From Dicyema japonicum (Eukaryota; Animalia; Dicyemida): a stretch of DNA of 64,000 bases. The notes under the pieces were generated by a model, which was given only the letters and a program-made list of their open reading frames with translations, did not search any database and was not told where the DNA came from. This document shows positions 1 to 12,546 of this stretch, piece by piece. The stretch is taken from positions 734,511 through 798,510 of the forward strand of contig RDEW01000027.1 in NCBI GenBank assembly GCA_011109175.1, read 5' to 3'. The translations under genes were made by a program, and so were the position numbers. The first letter of the stretch is position 1; each line of letters begins with the position of its first letter.

Positions 1-480
1 TAACCATGAATGTTCACTAAACAGAAATAGTGGACATCAGAAGAATGGAAAGAAGATCGGATGAACAACGAAAAAGGACCAATAAGTTCGGATACTTACT
101 TGAAGACAGTCATCCCGGCTGAGGAACAGGGGATAGACTGCTTTCATCGAAGGCAACTGAGGTGAATGCTCGGTTTGAATTGGCTAAGGAAAATAACCAA
201 AAAAGCTTTATATAATGTTTGCTCCACTGGTCTTTTAAATCTTGACGAGATCTCTGATCTGAGATGGAGGCTCTTCGGACATATACTGTAATTGGAAATG
301 GATACTCCAGCTAATGTAGCAATGGAGGAGTACTTCGTTGAGACTGGATCACGTTTCTGTAGAGGCCTACAAATCAAACTTCCTGTGATACTTGACGCTG
401 ATCTCAAGTATGCCAAAAGGAAATGAATGCGGAAAACATCTGGATGACTTAAGAGATTGCGCATGATCACGAAGGGCGGA
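1..480 (+). mobile_element. Decayed C-terminal part of an RTE-like non-LTR retrotransposon
   Basis: The + frame reads ALYNVCSTG..LRWRLFGHIL*LEMDTPANVAMEEYF, the post-RT 'RW.LFGH.LR...PA..AM..YF' motif that is also seen at 4820, 12400 and 44880. Contains stops. Confidence 0.65.
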
Positions 481-580
481 GTCCCTTAATTAGTTTGATA
501 GTTTCTAAGACGCATTGATGAAACTATTACGTGTGTAGCTTTAATATGATTTATTAGGAAATTAATACTAATCATCAATG

Positions 581-2775
581 TCACGTGTTAAATCTACTTT
601 GTTGAATGAATTTTTGTCGACACATCCTCTTAACCCCGTAAGAAATACTTGAGGCTTCGGCACATTTGAATTTCCATCTCCTTTTGTTTGTACTCCAAAT
701 TCCCTGTTTTATGATTTAAAGTAAATTTAACTTTGGCGGGTAAACCTGAGTACAATTTTCCCTCTTCATATGACTTTTATTAGTTTGACAAGATTTAGTT
801 ATCTTGGTCCGTAGATTAGCCTAATATCTTTCATGACTACCCATACCAGCTTGATTGCCTGTCGTCTCATCTCCCACTCATTCCACTGATAGTTTGGATC
901 TATGTGACTTTCCTGCATGTGAAGTTCTGTCTGCATTCCATAATCGCAAGTCCGCTTTGTTGTAAACATGTTAGTCTAAGAATAAAGCATAGATAAAACA
1001 TCAAAGGAGGAATCAACAACTTCAAAGGACTGTTGCAAGTCAAGTAAGCTTATCAGTTCTGGATTTCTATAAGCGATATTTAATATTTTTAGTAAATTTC
1101 TAATTTTTATAAATCATTTTTACTCATTTATGTTTTCGTTGAATTCCACTGCGTTGTTCCTGTCAGAGAAAGCCAAGTATAGGTTTTTATACGCGACTAA
1201 TCCCAGCTTAGAGTTTGCAGGGATCAATAATCCGTTGTATTTCACAAAATTATTTGCACAAAACCCCTTTATTTAAATTTACGTTTATGCCTGCAAATAA
1301 ACTTGAAATTTGTTGTAATTTGGATCATCTGGCCTTACCACTCTATATTTACTGACAAATTGAGGTTGTCCGATCAACTCATGTTCCCTCGGAGTCTTGA
1401 AATATTAAAGTGCATAATTACTTTTAATCGTTCTTCGTTTGTTAACTTTTTTATATTTTTTGTTAAATTTATAATTTTTTCGTTCGTGGTAGAGCTACAG
1501 AACTAATAAATTTTTAAATCCGTCACAACTTCGACAAATTGCTTTAGGTTGGTAAATATATTATTCTGTAAATCCAAAATTATCAGCTCTTCTTGAAATG
1601 CTTTCCAAAAATGATAAATGGAGTAAAATTGGGGCTTCGAAATAACCATGAAAGTACGTAAACTTGGCCAGTTGGCACGGCAGACTTGTCTTGTATGGTA
1701 TTTCTTAGTATTTCCATGGTAGTTTTGAATTGCTGATATAAGTCAGTCATTTCCCTAGCAGAGTTTGACATGTCATTCTCAGTTAGTGTTTACGTTATAC
1801 CAGTAATAAACTTAAATATATTTCATATTGGCGACAGTTCACAATGACGTCCCGTAAAGGAAGTGTGCCTTCATCATCTGATTCGTTGGTTCTATTCAAC
1901 TCCTCAAAGAACGCTATTAATCGTATAATTGTACTAACATGTAACTATGTCGCACGTGTCAACTGTCGATTTGATTTCTTTCTGGATTTCGCCCATCGCT
2001 GACTCAACCAATGTGAAGAACATTGCAGGGACTGGGAGTTCTAGTAAAACTGATACCATTTTCTATGGATTTCCCGCCTTTTCCACAATCCTTGTTGAAT
2101 ATTCTGATCCCACCTACAATGGCTGAGAGCTCCTGAAGGTGCTTAATTTTGTCAGCTTTCTTCATTTTTGTAAAATTGTTCAGTTCTGACTCAGAAAACA
2201 CGCTTTGTAGAGCAGCTTTAAAATAAACACAAAATCAACCCGTGCTTTCTCTTAAAACTTGAATTTCCGTGATTCCTCCGAGTCCAGAGACCAGGATTGT
2301 GGCAGAAACGATTTTTCTGTATAGATGATTGAGTTCCTCAGTGTTCCGAGCTCTGCTATCTACGATCTCCTGAAAAATTGGCTGAGTTTTAGACTTGAGC
2401 ACATTACTATGTTCGGCAATGAACTCATCTTTAGTAAATAAGCACATGAAACCCTTTTGGCTGTAATTCGAGTCAAAATAGACTTGCATTTTAATGGTGT
2501 CCAATGAAATAGAATTTTCTGCACTAAGCCTATCAACACACAACTGTGAGGTCATCACTTTTATACTACCTCTATTATCTGTTTGACGTCTGTATTATTG
2601 AGTACATTGCTGAACTGATTGTCAGGGTTCATCACTGTTGATTTGACCTGAATATGTAATATTGTGATACCATAAATGCTGCCAATTCCTCACTTACAGT
2701 GATCATGTTTGCACTGCAGTTTTGGCATATTTGCCTGATTATATCCCTTATTATACTTTCAGTTCTTATAGACAT
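581..2775 (-). CDS. CFAP206: Cilia- and flagella-associated protein 206, multi-exon
   Basis: The spliced translation has MSIRTESIIRDIIRQI..LAAFMVKS, SLDTIKMQVYFD, GIRIFNKDCGKGG, KSAVPTGQVY, YQWNEWEMRRQAIKLANLR and KRENCTQVYPPK. ATG at 2775, TGA at 581-583, GT-AG introns of 23-28 nt. Confidence 0.93.
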
Positions 2776-2884
2776 GTTGCTAAGAGATATTAATATTTTT
2801 AATTTATTTACGATTATAGGAACTTAATTTTTTTGTTCAAAAATCGTGTTTAATAAAGTAAATTTTAATGCTAAGAAAATTAAT

Positions 2885-2995
2885 CAGAAACTTCCTCTCT
2901 TTTGTCGGTCTGGGATCACTTAGTTAGATGAGAACTTTTATTTCTTTCTCTTTGACCCAGTGATCCTGGGGGTAATAATAATCAGAAACGTTCTA
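2885..2995 (+). mobile_element. LINE 3'-end relic (..CRSGIT* plus short UTR)
   Basis: CTGGGATCACTTAG...GACCCAGTGATCC..GGGTAATAATA; near-identical to 39690-39775. Confidence 0.55.
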
Positions 2996-3409
2996 ATAGA
3001 GTGGCGCCAGGGTAGCACGCAAAAGGATCATTGCTCTCACCACTCTACTGGAGGGGTTTACACAACAACAATGAATGAATGCCTTTTACCTTTTATGCTG
3101 GTTTTCGATGGACTTGTATGACGTTGAAGGACTCTGTTTCTATGACGGTGGAAACTGGAGGAAAAATGCTACCAGTTTGATGTGTGTCATTCCTTCGCGG
3201 CTATAGTTGGAAGATATTTCTAAAAACGGCTAACTGATTACTGAAAAATATTTCAAAAGCCTCCAAAACCAAACGCAGGAAATAAGGTGGAGTCTTTGGA
3301 AAAGGAGATCGCGAAGTAAACAAAGACATAAAAAGTCCTCATTACCCTCGAATGATATACATAAGGCTTGTGACTCAGATATATGGATTGTTAACTTACC
3401 ACTGAACTC

Positions 3410-4080
3410 AGAGGAAGGGTCGTATCACGAACTATCATGTCCATTAATAAATTTCTACTTAATGGATCACCCCTCTCCTCGCTCTATTTTACTTATTCCT
3501 GTTTGACCTGCATGAAGAAACCTCCCAAAACACCACGATTATAACATACACGGATGATATATTCCTTGCATCTAAGAACCGCTTTATCCAGAAAGCCTCC
3601 AGATATCTGTAAGACTTGTTTGACAACCTAAACAGATAATTAGAGTAAACTCGTAATCCACAAGCGCTGAGAGGTCATGTACTACGATATTTACTCCCTA
3701 ATAGAAGGTTGACCGATTCAGCTCCATCTCTGATTCTTGACAAAAACAAAACTTTTGCATGAACAAAGTAAAAATTTTGAAAATCTTCGAATCCCATATG
3801 ACTTTAGGAAGACACGTTGGCGATCTTAACTTTTCTTTTATTAGAAAGTTGACCGTTGCTAGAGCATTACTTGGAACTACTAGAAATCATTCAGTTTCAT
3901 GCCAATTTTTTGTACAATTGATCTATTGAACCGACAATCAGGTACTGATGTACTTGATGGGAACTAATTTGGCAAAAAAGAAGATAAAGAAAATCGAAGA
4001 TTTCCAATTCACAACTACCAAAACTCTACGAATAGTTCGAAATTACAGAACATAAGTTTTCCGTAGGCCTGACGGATTTA
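3410..4080 (+). mobile_element. Decayed Jockey/I-like LINE reverse transcriptase fragment
   Basis: Reads NGSPLS.. and TIITYTDDIFLASKN (QGSPLS / YADD motifs), with stops and frameshifts. Confidence 0.55.
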
Positions 4081-4169
4081 TTTTTTTCGGAATTGATATC
4101 ATTAGGACAACCAGAAAATACCAATATTTAATATATAAATTTCACCAAAAAAACTTAATTGCAAAAAAA

Positions 4170-4640
4170 TTGCTTTATGGAAAAATAAATGAAATTATTT
4201 AATGTAATACGAAATAAAATATTCCTGAAAATTTCAGATTTAAAGTTTCGATCTTTAGTAAGAATTTTCGTCAGAGATATCGCCCTTTCAACTGAAGCTG
4301 AGTATCCGAAACAGTATCGAAGGTATCAGTAAATTTTTGGCGAAAAATTTTGATCTGATGAAAATTCCATGCTGCTCAGATCGGCATAAGATTTTTCAAT
4401 TGAATGATCGAGTAGTTAGGTATTTGAAATCATTTCAATTAACACCAAATAATTTTTACTAATTTCGTTTAAAGTTGAAAATAACGAGAGAATGTTAACT
4501 GAGTCTATGGCCTAAAAAATTAAAAATAGAAACATTTTTGATTACAACTACATTTCCTTCAAATTTAGAGATAATTTTAATGATTTCTGGAAGATTCTGG
4601 AAATAATACTTGACTGCTTATAGCCAGCTTTTCCATTTTG
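4170..4640 (-). mobile_element. Possible hAT-like transposase C-terminal relic
   Basis: The minus frame reads SASVERAISLTKILTKDRNFKSENF, resembling the hAT dimerisation motif S..VERSFS. Confidence 0.35.
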
Positions 4641-4789
4641 TTACAACAACTTCAGGTGGATTTCCTATTTGTGAGAAAATTTCTCAGCGTTTTTTGTTTT
4701 TTATTCTGATAATATTTTCCAGCTTCTTTAAAGAAAAAATAAGATTATCAACATCTGTGTAGTAGGATTTTATTCTTAGAGCACATTGT

Positions 4790-4930
4790 GTAATAGATGT
4801 GAAACAAACATCAGCAAGGATGTGATAGATTCCCGGTGGAGGCTAGTTGGACATGTATTACGAATGAACCCGGACGCACCCGATAACAAAGTGATGGAAG
4901 ATTACTTTGACAGTTGCGAGAAACCCTAGT
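4790..4930 (+). mobile_element. RTE-like LINE C-terminal fragment
   Basis: Reads VIDSRWRLVGHVLRMNPDAPDNKVMEDYF. Confidence 0.6.
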
Positions 4931-5749
4931 TAATATTAGCTTCCGAAAAGTTAATATTTAACATTGTAAGCAGCACTACTATTGTTAATCAAAATTCCAA
5001 TGAACCACGTTGTCAAGTCACAGGGAGCGTCTATCTTTAAGCTATCTCATTGCTCTTGAAACCTCCTTTGATGAAATTTTACGTATAAGTATTACCTTCC
5101 TCCGTAAAGGCTAAATCAATTTGCCATAAGACCTCGAGTCTTGCAAAGGGGATTTGTCTTTTATTTGACAGATTTAATCGATCCGATTAAGAAATGTTCA
5201 CATCCCCTTCTCACTCCAACTCAGGCACTCCAATCACCCGTGTTAAAGAGAATTCCAGAAAATGTTAGGATCCTGGAAAATTCCTCGTATAAAATGTTTT
5301 TTCAAGACACGACCCCTATATGGAATGCATACAACGATAATAGATATTAGATCCATTCTGATCGACGCGTAATCGAATGAAGATTATTCTATCATTGATC
5401 CCCAGAAACTGAATAGTCCAGCAAGTGCTTGTGCACTGAAAAACCTTTTTATAATGTCTCAGTCAGATGTAGGTGAGATCAATCTTCTTCATCAAGGCCT
5501 TCCTCGACTTTTGTTTCTTGAAGGTAGCAGATTGAGCTTCCAGGTCATTTCAACCATCATGTTCATCAATATCCGTCATCGCAGGAACCAATCCACTGGT
5601 CGGGAAACGAGGGATCCTTTTTGGATGCCGACCAGGCACTGGCCGTCTTCAGAGTCAAGTGGATCCAATATGACTTGTATAAAACATTTTGTATAATAAT
5701 TGCAAATATTGAATAAAAATAAGCGTATTATTGTTTCATTAATTATTAA

Positions 5750-6195
5750 GACACTTTTCGAATCAGTGTGCTTCCTGGGGCCATTTTATCTCGGACAAAT
5801 TCCACTAAGATCGAAACCAGTAAAAAAGGGGTTTTAAGACTACGGAGCGATTGACTTCTGTAAAAATCCCCTTTGGATTTCCTAATCAGCGTGAACTGAG
5901 GAGTGGTCCTGTACGACAACGAATATCCAATTGAACGGTCGATACGTATCGAAGCCAGTAAAAAGGGGGTTTTAAAACTACGGAGCGATTTACTTCTGTA
6001 AAGATCCCCTTTGGATTTCCTAATCAGCGTGAACTGAGGAGTGGCCCTGTACGACAACGAGTATCCAGTTGAACGACCGATACGTGCTCGTGTGGGCTCG
6101 ATGAGGTATCGGACAAAGTTGAGGTCTCTGTTGGAACCTGCCGGGACACGTGAGTTGTTAATTTGGTGTTACCATTGACTTTGGAATTTTTTATT
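5750..6195 (+). mobile_element. LINE 3' relic with an internal 138-bp tandem duplication
   Basis: Repeat units start near 5819 and 5957. The relic ends RTKLRSLLEPAG.. followed by the UTR motif TTACCATTGACTTTGG and a T/AT tail. Confidence 0.6.
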
Positions 6196-6544
6196 CTTTC
6201 ATCCTTTGGCGCCAACGTTAGTGTGGTGCTAAGTGGATACTTGAATATAAGATTTTTTTGTTTGTTTCTTATGTTCCTCCTGTTCCTTTTTGGCTTCAGG
6301 GAGCTTGAATTGATAGCGTGAGTCATGTGGTTCACCATCTCTGGTTTTGTATAATAACACCAGATATGCCTGAAAGAGGTTTAATCAATTTTCCAAGAGA
6401 GGGATCCTTTAAAATCCAGGTCAGGTAGTGGGCGTCTCCTAACTTAGGTGGATCCAATGACGCCTTTTGATAATTAAATAAGATAAAGATAAGAAAGGAA
6501 TGCATAATTAATTGCGGGGCTAACGACAGCATCATCCATTAGGC

Positions 6545-6986
6545 TACTTTGAAAATAATAATAGCACCAGAGACCACGGTTACACAAACTAACTAATCAC
6601 GTGATCCCAGCACGCTCTAGCAGGGACCTCATCTTGGCCCGATGCTCCTCCCTCGTCCCCACACAAGCACGTATCGGTCGAGTGACTGGACCTTCGCAGT
6701 CACGACGGCGCGTTCCGTGGTTCATTCTTATCAAGGCTTCAAAAGGCATTGGTGGCTGGAGTTCTCCAGAAATCCAGCGTTCCGTGATTTTGGAGGCTCT
6801 TCTCCGGCTAGCCTCTATCTTCAAGACATTCGTCCAAGAGATGAGTGGACCCCATATACCACATGCATAAGAGATGCATGGTTCAATGAATTGTTTATAT
6901 ACAGTGCTCAAAACAGAATGCTTTCCGATCTTCCATAAGCCTGTAAGGCATTTCAGAACATTAGTTTTCTTTTCGCAAAATAACAT
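6545..6986 (-). mobile_element. Jockey/I-like LINE 3' fragment
   Basis: ORF 6597-6986 reads VYKQFIEPCISYACGIWG..HRAKMRSLLERAGIT*, followed by a UTR containing ACCGTGGTC and a (TAT)n tail. Confidence 0.75.
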
Positions 6987-7097
6987 CGAAAAAGAAAAAC
7001 ATGAACAATTACCATTTTTTATGAGTAAAGTTAATTTAAAAATTCTTTTTAAAAACTTAATAAATTACGAAATAAATGTATTTAAGTTATTTATCTT

Positions 7098-8461
7098 ATG
7101 TTTCTCGAAGAGCACTTTAATGAAGAAGGTTACTCGTGCATTTCCTCCCTATGGGGGATATCTACTAATGTAATAAATACATGTGACTCACAGGTGCCGT
7201 TGACAGTTGCTTATAAGACTGCGAGGCTGACTCAGAAATACTGTGAGTCTTCTTTAACTGCCACTAAGGCTTTTCTGGCCCAACTAGACAGCTATAATCG
7301 CAGTGGAAACCTCTCTGATATTATCGGGGACCTCGAGAAGCTTCAAAAGAAGTTCGAATCTATGGCAAAGCTGGTTTGTTACCTTTCATCAAATAGATCG
7401 AAAAAGAAACCCCTATACTCAGCAACCTTTTGGATGTCACCCAGGAAAGACTTGCCAAAATGGACACAGCGACCAACAACTTGCTGAAAAATCGGGATTT
7501 CCAGTCTATGGAAAGTTTGAGTGAACCGCATATCAACAGATTGATCCTCGACTATCTTCTTCGCTCTGGTTGCTACGAAAGTGCCATAATGTTCTCCAAA
7601 GATTTCAACCTCAATGTAACTCTTGAGGTCATTTTAGGGAGAACTCGACCAGATATTTCTCGAGGCGATGAGGCCCATTGATAATCTCCTTCAATCTGGG
7701 GATTTGGAGCGCTGCATTGCCTGGTGTGACGAAAATAAGTCTTCAAAGGTACCCCATTTGGTCATTTCAGTCTGATTTGCTGTACAAACTTCGAAGACAG
7801 GAGCTGATTCAGTTAATGTTGAAGGGACAGTACACTGCGGCCGTAGAGTTTGCTACTTTCTCAAAGTAGATACGTGAAGAAGCACCTTAAGGATAATTTG
7901 GTAAAGGAAATGGCCGATATCAAGAACCTTTTGGCTATTATAATATCTCCACGTGGAAAGCAGTCTCAGGTTTTGCCAAAAGACTACTTTTGTAGGAGTT
8001 GATTACGAAGGCTGACTGGGGATCTTTGGCGGAGTCATTCCGCAGTGATTTTGTAAACTCATTGTCTGGGCTCACCGTATCTCCCTTCTTGGTGGCAGCG
8101 GAATGCGGGATCTCAGCCTTTAAGACACCGTAATTGCTCAATTTACCTTAGTTTGTGCTTCCCCGGTATCTCCAAAAGCTGTCCTCACTGCGATGCTGAT
8201 ATTTTTAGCGTGGGAATTTCTCTTCCGTTCGCGGAATACAACTTTTCTCGTCTCAGATGCCCCTATGAGGGGGAGAACATAGATGATAAGAATGTCCCGT
8301 ATGTTTTGCCAAATGGACACGTTTATGGAATTAATGTACCCAGTAGGCTCTATTTTAAGGCACTGAAGAAGATTGCGAGTTTAAATGATGGCCGCATTGT
8401 ATGCGTCTTTACTGGCATGGAATTCAAGTTCAAGGAGGCTGTTAGAATTTTCGCTACATGA
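7098..8461 (+). CDS. MAEA: Macrophage erythroblast attacher / CTLH-GID E3 ligase subunit (GID9), 9 exons
   Basis: LisH (INRLILDYLLRSGCYESA), CTLH (GDLERCIAWCDENK), CRA, and a degenerate RING (CPHC..LPFAEYNFSRLRC..VPYVLPNGHVYG). Eight GT-AG introns of 22-26 nt; TGA at 8459-8461. Confidence 0.85.
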
Positions 8462-8589
8462 TTAATTTGATTTATTATAATTTTTCTTTGATCTTTTTGA
8501 CTTTTGGATTCGGGAGTTAATTAAATTTGATGGTCGACCGGTTCGCGAAATGAAATGAAAATTGTAAGACAACGGTAATATAGAACCAA

Positions 8590-8851
8590 CTACTCATGTT
8601 ATCTTGACACACCTTACCTGAGGCCTTATCTTGGCCCGATGGTTTTTCTTCGGGAAGAGAGGGATTTTTTTTGGATGCCAGGCATTGGATGTTTTCTGAG
8701 TCAGGTGAATCCCGTGCATCCTCTTAAGGATTGAAGAAGGAAAAGAGAAGAAAGAAATCCTTCGACCAAGTAACGATGTGGGAATAGAATTCACAGAGAC
8801 CAGTATTGCACAGCACAGTTTGCAGTTGCCAAGTAAATAAGTGTTTTCCAT
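8590..8851 (-). mobile_element. LINE 3' relic (..HRAKIRPQVRCVKIT*)
   Basis: CTTATCTTGGCCCGATG matches 6628-6645; same C-terminal motif. Confidence 0.55.
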
Positions 8852-8875
8852 TTTCTAATAAAAATGGTTGATATA

Positions 8876-8917
8876 AAGGCTTTCCCAAAGTGGGCGATAT
8901 CGCCCTTTTGTGGGAAA
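8876..8917 (+). mobile_element. Putative hAT-MITE left end (palindrome)
   Basis: TTTCCCAAAGTGGGCGATATCGCCC..TGGGAAA; TTCCCAAA complements TTTGGGAA at 11710-11717. Confidence 0.4.
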
Positions 8918-8944
8918 TATGAAATTGGCCAATTAATAAGAAAA

Positions 8945-11335
8945 CAACGAAACTGTTATGGCTGCGACACCTGAGGTTCTGGAACTACTCAGACGAAAAC
9001 ATCCATGTCCTCCGGTAGATTACCGCCCATTCGTGCTTCCGAGAAATTTGTCAAGGATAACCGTCACCGAAGGCGAAGTGCGACGCGGCATTTTGTCGTT
9101 TGCGGCGAGTAGCAGTGAAGGTATCGATGGCTTGCGGATGGGTCACATTAAGGATCTTACGGCGGAGTCTACTGCAGAAACTGCATGCAACCTTATCAAA
9201 TCAATTACAAAACTGGTTATGTGTATTTTGAACAGAGATATTCCTCTCCACGCAAGGGAGCTTCGTTTCAGTGCACATCTACAGGCTTTCAAAAAACCCG
9301 AAGGTGGGGTCGGCAACTATTTCAGAAGACTGACAGTGAAAATCGCATGCAGCATTGTCTGACCGAATTTCCCCCCTCCAACTGGGGGTTGGTGTAAGGA
9401 ATGGATGCGAGGCGGTAGTGAATGCTGCGAGGTGTTTTTTTGGACAGAAAGACGAACAAAACCAACACATTGGAGTCAAGCTGGACATCTTCAATGTCTT
9501 CAATTCACTGGGGAGGGATCATATTTTCGAAACTACAAGCAAACGAGCCCCGGAACTTATTCCACTTGTCTTCCTCACTTACGGAACCAATTCTTCACTG
9601 GTTTTCAGGGAAAAGATTATATGTTCGGAGACTAGAGTTCAACAAGGGGACCCACTTGGTCCACTTCTCTTCGTTCTGGCCATCAATGAAATTGTCCGCT
9701 CTATAAACACACAACTATACCTCTGGTATCTTGATGACGCCACGATTGGAGGGCCGTGGAGAAAAGTTCATGACGTTCTGTCATATGCCGTGCACTACGA
9801 AATCTCGGACTTGAGATAAATATAAAGAAATCGGAGCTAATAAATATCACATACTCGGAGAGTGATTTTATCAATGTGGTCGAGTCTTTCAACTCGGTAC
9901 TACCTGGAATTACTGTCGTACCCAGGGAGCGGACATACTTTCTTGGGTGCCCACTTGGCGAAAAGGAACTGCGGAGTTATCTACTAACAAAAGAGGATGA
10001 ACTCTCCAAAGTCACGGAGAAACTCTCATTACTCGATGCTCATACAGCGTTCTTCCGTTTGAAGAATAGCATCGGCTTGCCCAAACTCCTATATGCTCTC
10101 CGATGTTCTCCCTGCTTCAAACATCGTGACATCCTCCTGTCACTGGATAGGATAATGAGAAAATCAGCTGAATTGCTGCTAAACGTCCATTTTGATGTGC
10201 CGAGCTGAAACCAATGCAAGCTTCCTACACGCCTCGCAGGTACGGGACTCAGGTCGGCGCTGGAGATCGCCTTTCCAGCATATGTGTCATCGCTATCAAG
10301 TGGAAGCTTTTTGTTCCAAGATATCCTATGTTTTCCAACCGGACTTTCTTGGGAAAGAGTCTTCGACGAAGCTCGTCGCGAATGGTGTGAAACTGGTTTG
10401 GATATGCCGAACGATCCTTCGAGGCAACGTGACTGGGATGATATCTACTCCAAGAATATCTTCGACGTGCTAAAGTCTGATGCCAACCAGCACCGTCTTG
10501 CATGCCTCGTGTCCGTGCGTCTTGCAACCATGGGAGCGGAGCGTGGATGGATCCAATCTCATGTTCCTCCCTGGGGACTTTTTTGGACGATGACTGTATT
10601 CGGATTGGGATCGCACAACGCCTGGGAGTTGATGTTTGCGTCGAACACCAATGTCGTTGTGAAGGGATCGTCGATGCCAAAGGGCTGCACCCGCTCTCGT
10701 GCAAAAAGAGTGCGGGCAGAGCACCCCGCCATGCTGCTATGAACAACATTGTCCTGCGTGCTCTTGAAGCTGCAGACTTCCCGGCAGTACTGGAGCCCGT
10801 GGGATTGAACCGCGGAGACGGGAAAAGACCGGATGGGTTAACTATCTTTCCGTTGACTGAGGGAAAATCGCTTGTATGGGACTGCACTGTTGTGGATTTT
10901 TTTCGAACTCAGCTCGGCGCAGTCTACTGGATCAGCCGATCTGGCCAAGAAAATCAAGATTAAAAAATATGGCGAAATTGGAGANTCCGTTCACTGAGGG
11001 AAAATCGCTTGTATGGGACTGCACTGTTGTGGATTTTTTTGAACTCGATGATACTCAACTCGACGCAGTCTGCTGGATCAGCCGATCTGACCAAGAAAAT
11101 CAAGATTAAAAAATATGGCGAAATTGGAGACCGCTACCGTTTTATACCGGTAGCAATCGAGACGTCTGGTGCGGCCAAAAGTATTACAGCCTCTTTCCTT
11201 AAAAATTGGCCCACCGCAAGAAAAACGTGCGGGAAGCGGTCTGGCTTAGGCAACGAATTGGTATCGCAGTTGTCCGCGGAAACGCTTACTCCGTGATGTC
11301 AGCCGCTCTCCCCCATAGTTAATAAATAATATTTT
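8945..11335 (+). mobile_element. 5'-truncated, decayed CRE-clade non-LTR retrotransposon (RT + CCHC + restriction-like endonuclease)
   Basis: RT motifs LQLGVGVRNGCEAVV, VQQGDPLGPLLF and WYLDDAT. Zn knuckle CRCEG..HPLSC..RHAAMN. REL motifs KRPDGLTIFP..LVWDCTVVD, KKY and FIPVAIETSG; the C-terminus reads AVVRGNAYSVM. Ends in an AATAAATAA tail. Has frameshifts and a TGA at 10206. Confidence 0.88.
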
Positions 11336-11687
11336 ATTGTTAATAAATTTTTCACACGTTATCTGAAATTTCAGGTGGGCGTTTATGAGAAAATCATTTT
11401 TTCAGGGGAGGGATATGAATTTAAAATTATTTATACATCCTGATTAATTGAGGACCATGGAACGTATCGTCCAACGACATCGGATCTGACAGTTATGGGT
11501 TCGAATCATTGACAAATACGGAATTCAGTTACAACTCGTTATTCAATACTTCCTGGAAATGAATCCTTTACTTATTTATGTACGTTCGGACAGATTCGAA
11601 TTGATTTTTTCTCAAAAGCTGGAAATTGATACAAAAAGGATATCAAAGTGAATCAATTTCATATCTTAAAGACATCCCTTTTTTGTA

Positions 11688-11723
11688 AAGGGGGAAATAG
11701 ATGAAAAAGTTTGGGAACTCCCG
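11688..11723 (+). mobile_element. Putative hAT-MITE right end
   Basis: AAGGGGGAAATAGATGAAAAAGTTTGGGAACTCCCG followed by ATATAAAA, compared with ATATAAAG before the left end. Confidence 0.4.
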
Positions 11724-12284
11724 ATATAAAATCTTGCCATCAGATATTCTCCTTCACTTCAAGTCCTCATTTATTTTTTTTACATCAGTAAAATTGTTAG
11801 AGAAATAATATTCACCTTCAAACCATTTCCCTAAGCAGCCAGGATTATAGCGGCGAATCTCCGATTTCGTTAAATTCCTTTTGACTTGTTCTTGATTGTG
11901 GTAGCCCTTATAAATAGAACATTCGAGAATTAATTTCCTTGTTACTCATCAAGGTAAGCATGTTCAAGTTCTTCCAAAGACGGAATTTGAGAATAGTGTG
12001 TCTGTGCTCCCCCATAAAACTCGTCGACCTTTGTCTTTTTCATGCAGCGGATATAATTCATTTGGATGTGAATGTTGTTGTATTCCCCATTGTCGTTTTT
12101 TTCTAGCCACGAGGTCTTATGACTTGATGCATGTGCAAAGATTTTATTGTGTCTAAATATTATTATTATTAGCAATGTCTCCGGAACCAAAAAAGTTAAC
12201 TAATTTGAGATTCCACTCTTGCCATGCATTTCTGGACACGCGCTGTAAGTCGTTTCCATCCTCCCCTGATTCTCGCATCCGCCC

Positions 12285-12546
12285 TCAGATCATCCAGATC
12301 CTTTGCTGTTTTCAGTTTTCTTCCTATGCAAGTGAGTTCTTTGTCGACTTCGATACGTTGTTTTGTTTAATACAGAAAAGTATGATTCCATGGCCTGATT
12401 GTCTGGTGCCATTTCCGAAGCTCTTAGGATATGTCCAAAGAGCTGCCATTTCGCAGAAGTAACTATATTCCCAATCTTTGTTGTTTGAGTAATTATATAT
12501 AGCTCGTCGTTGGTTATCTGTTTTGGCCAGTAGACTCCCAGAATAA
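12285..12546 (-). mobile_element. RTE-like LINE C-terminal fragment
   Basis: Reads ILGVYWPKQITNDELY..KWQLFGHILRASEMAPDNQAMESYF. Confidence 0.75.

Noticed and set aside
10200-10212. TGA at a conserved Trp position, suggesting a recoded genetic code
   Set aside because: Host genes use TGG for Trp and end in TGA (CFAP206, MAEA, BUD23, TUT1-like), TAA or TAG. This is TE decay under the standard code.
10249-10887. 212-aa minus-strand ORF and similar long antisense ORFs (e.g. 17444-18061 part, 26064-26411, 55417-55722)
   Set aside because: These are shadow frames of real coding sequence, or frames running through introns; no independent motifs.
10855-11130. Local duplication in the CRE REL domain
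   Set aside because: It is centred on an N at 10985, so most likely a contig-overlap join artefact.
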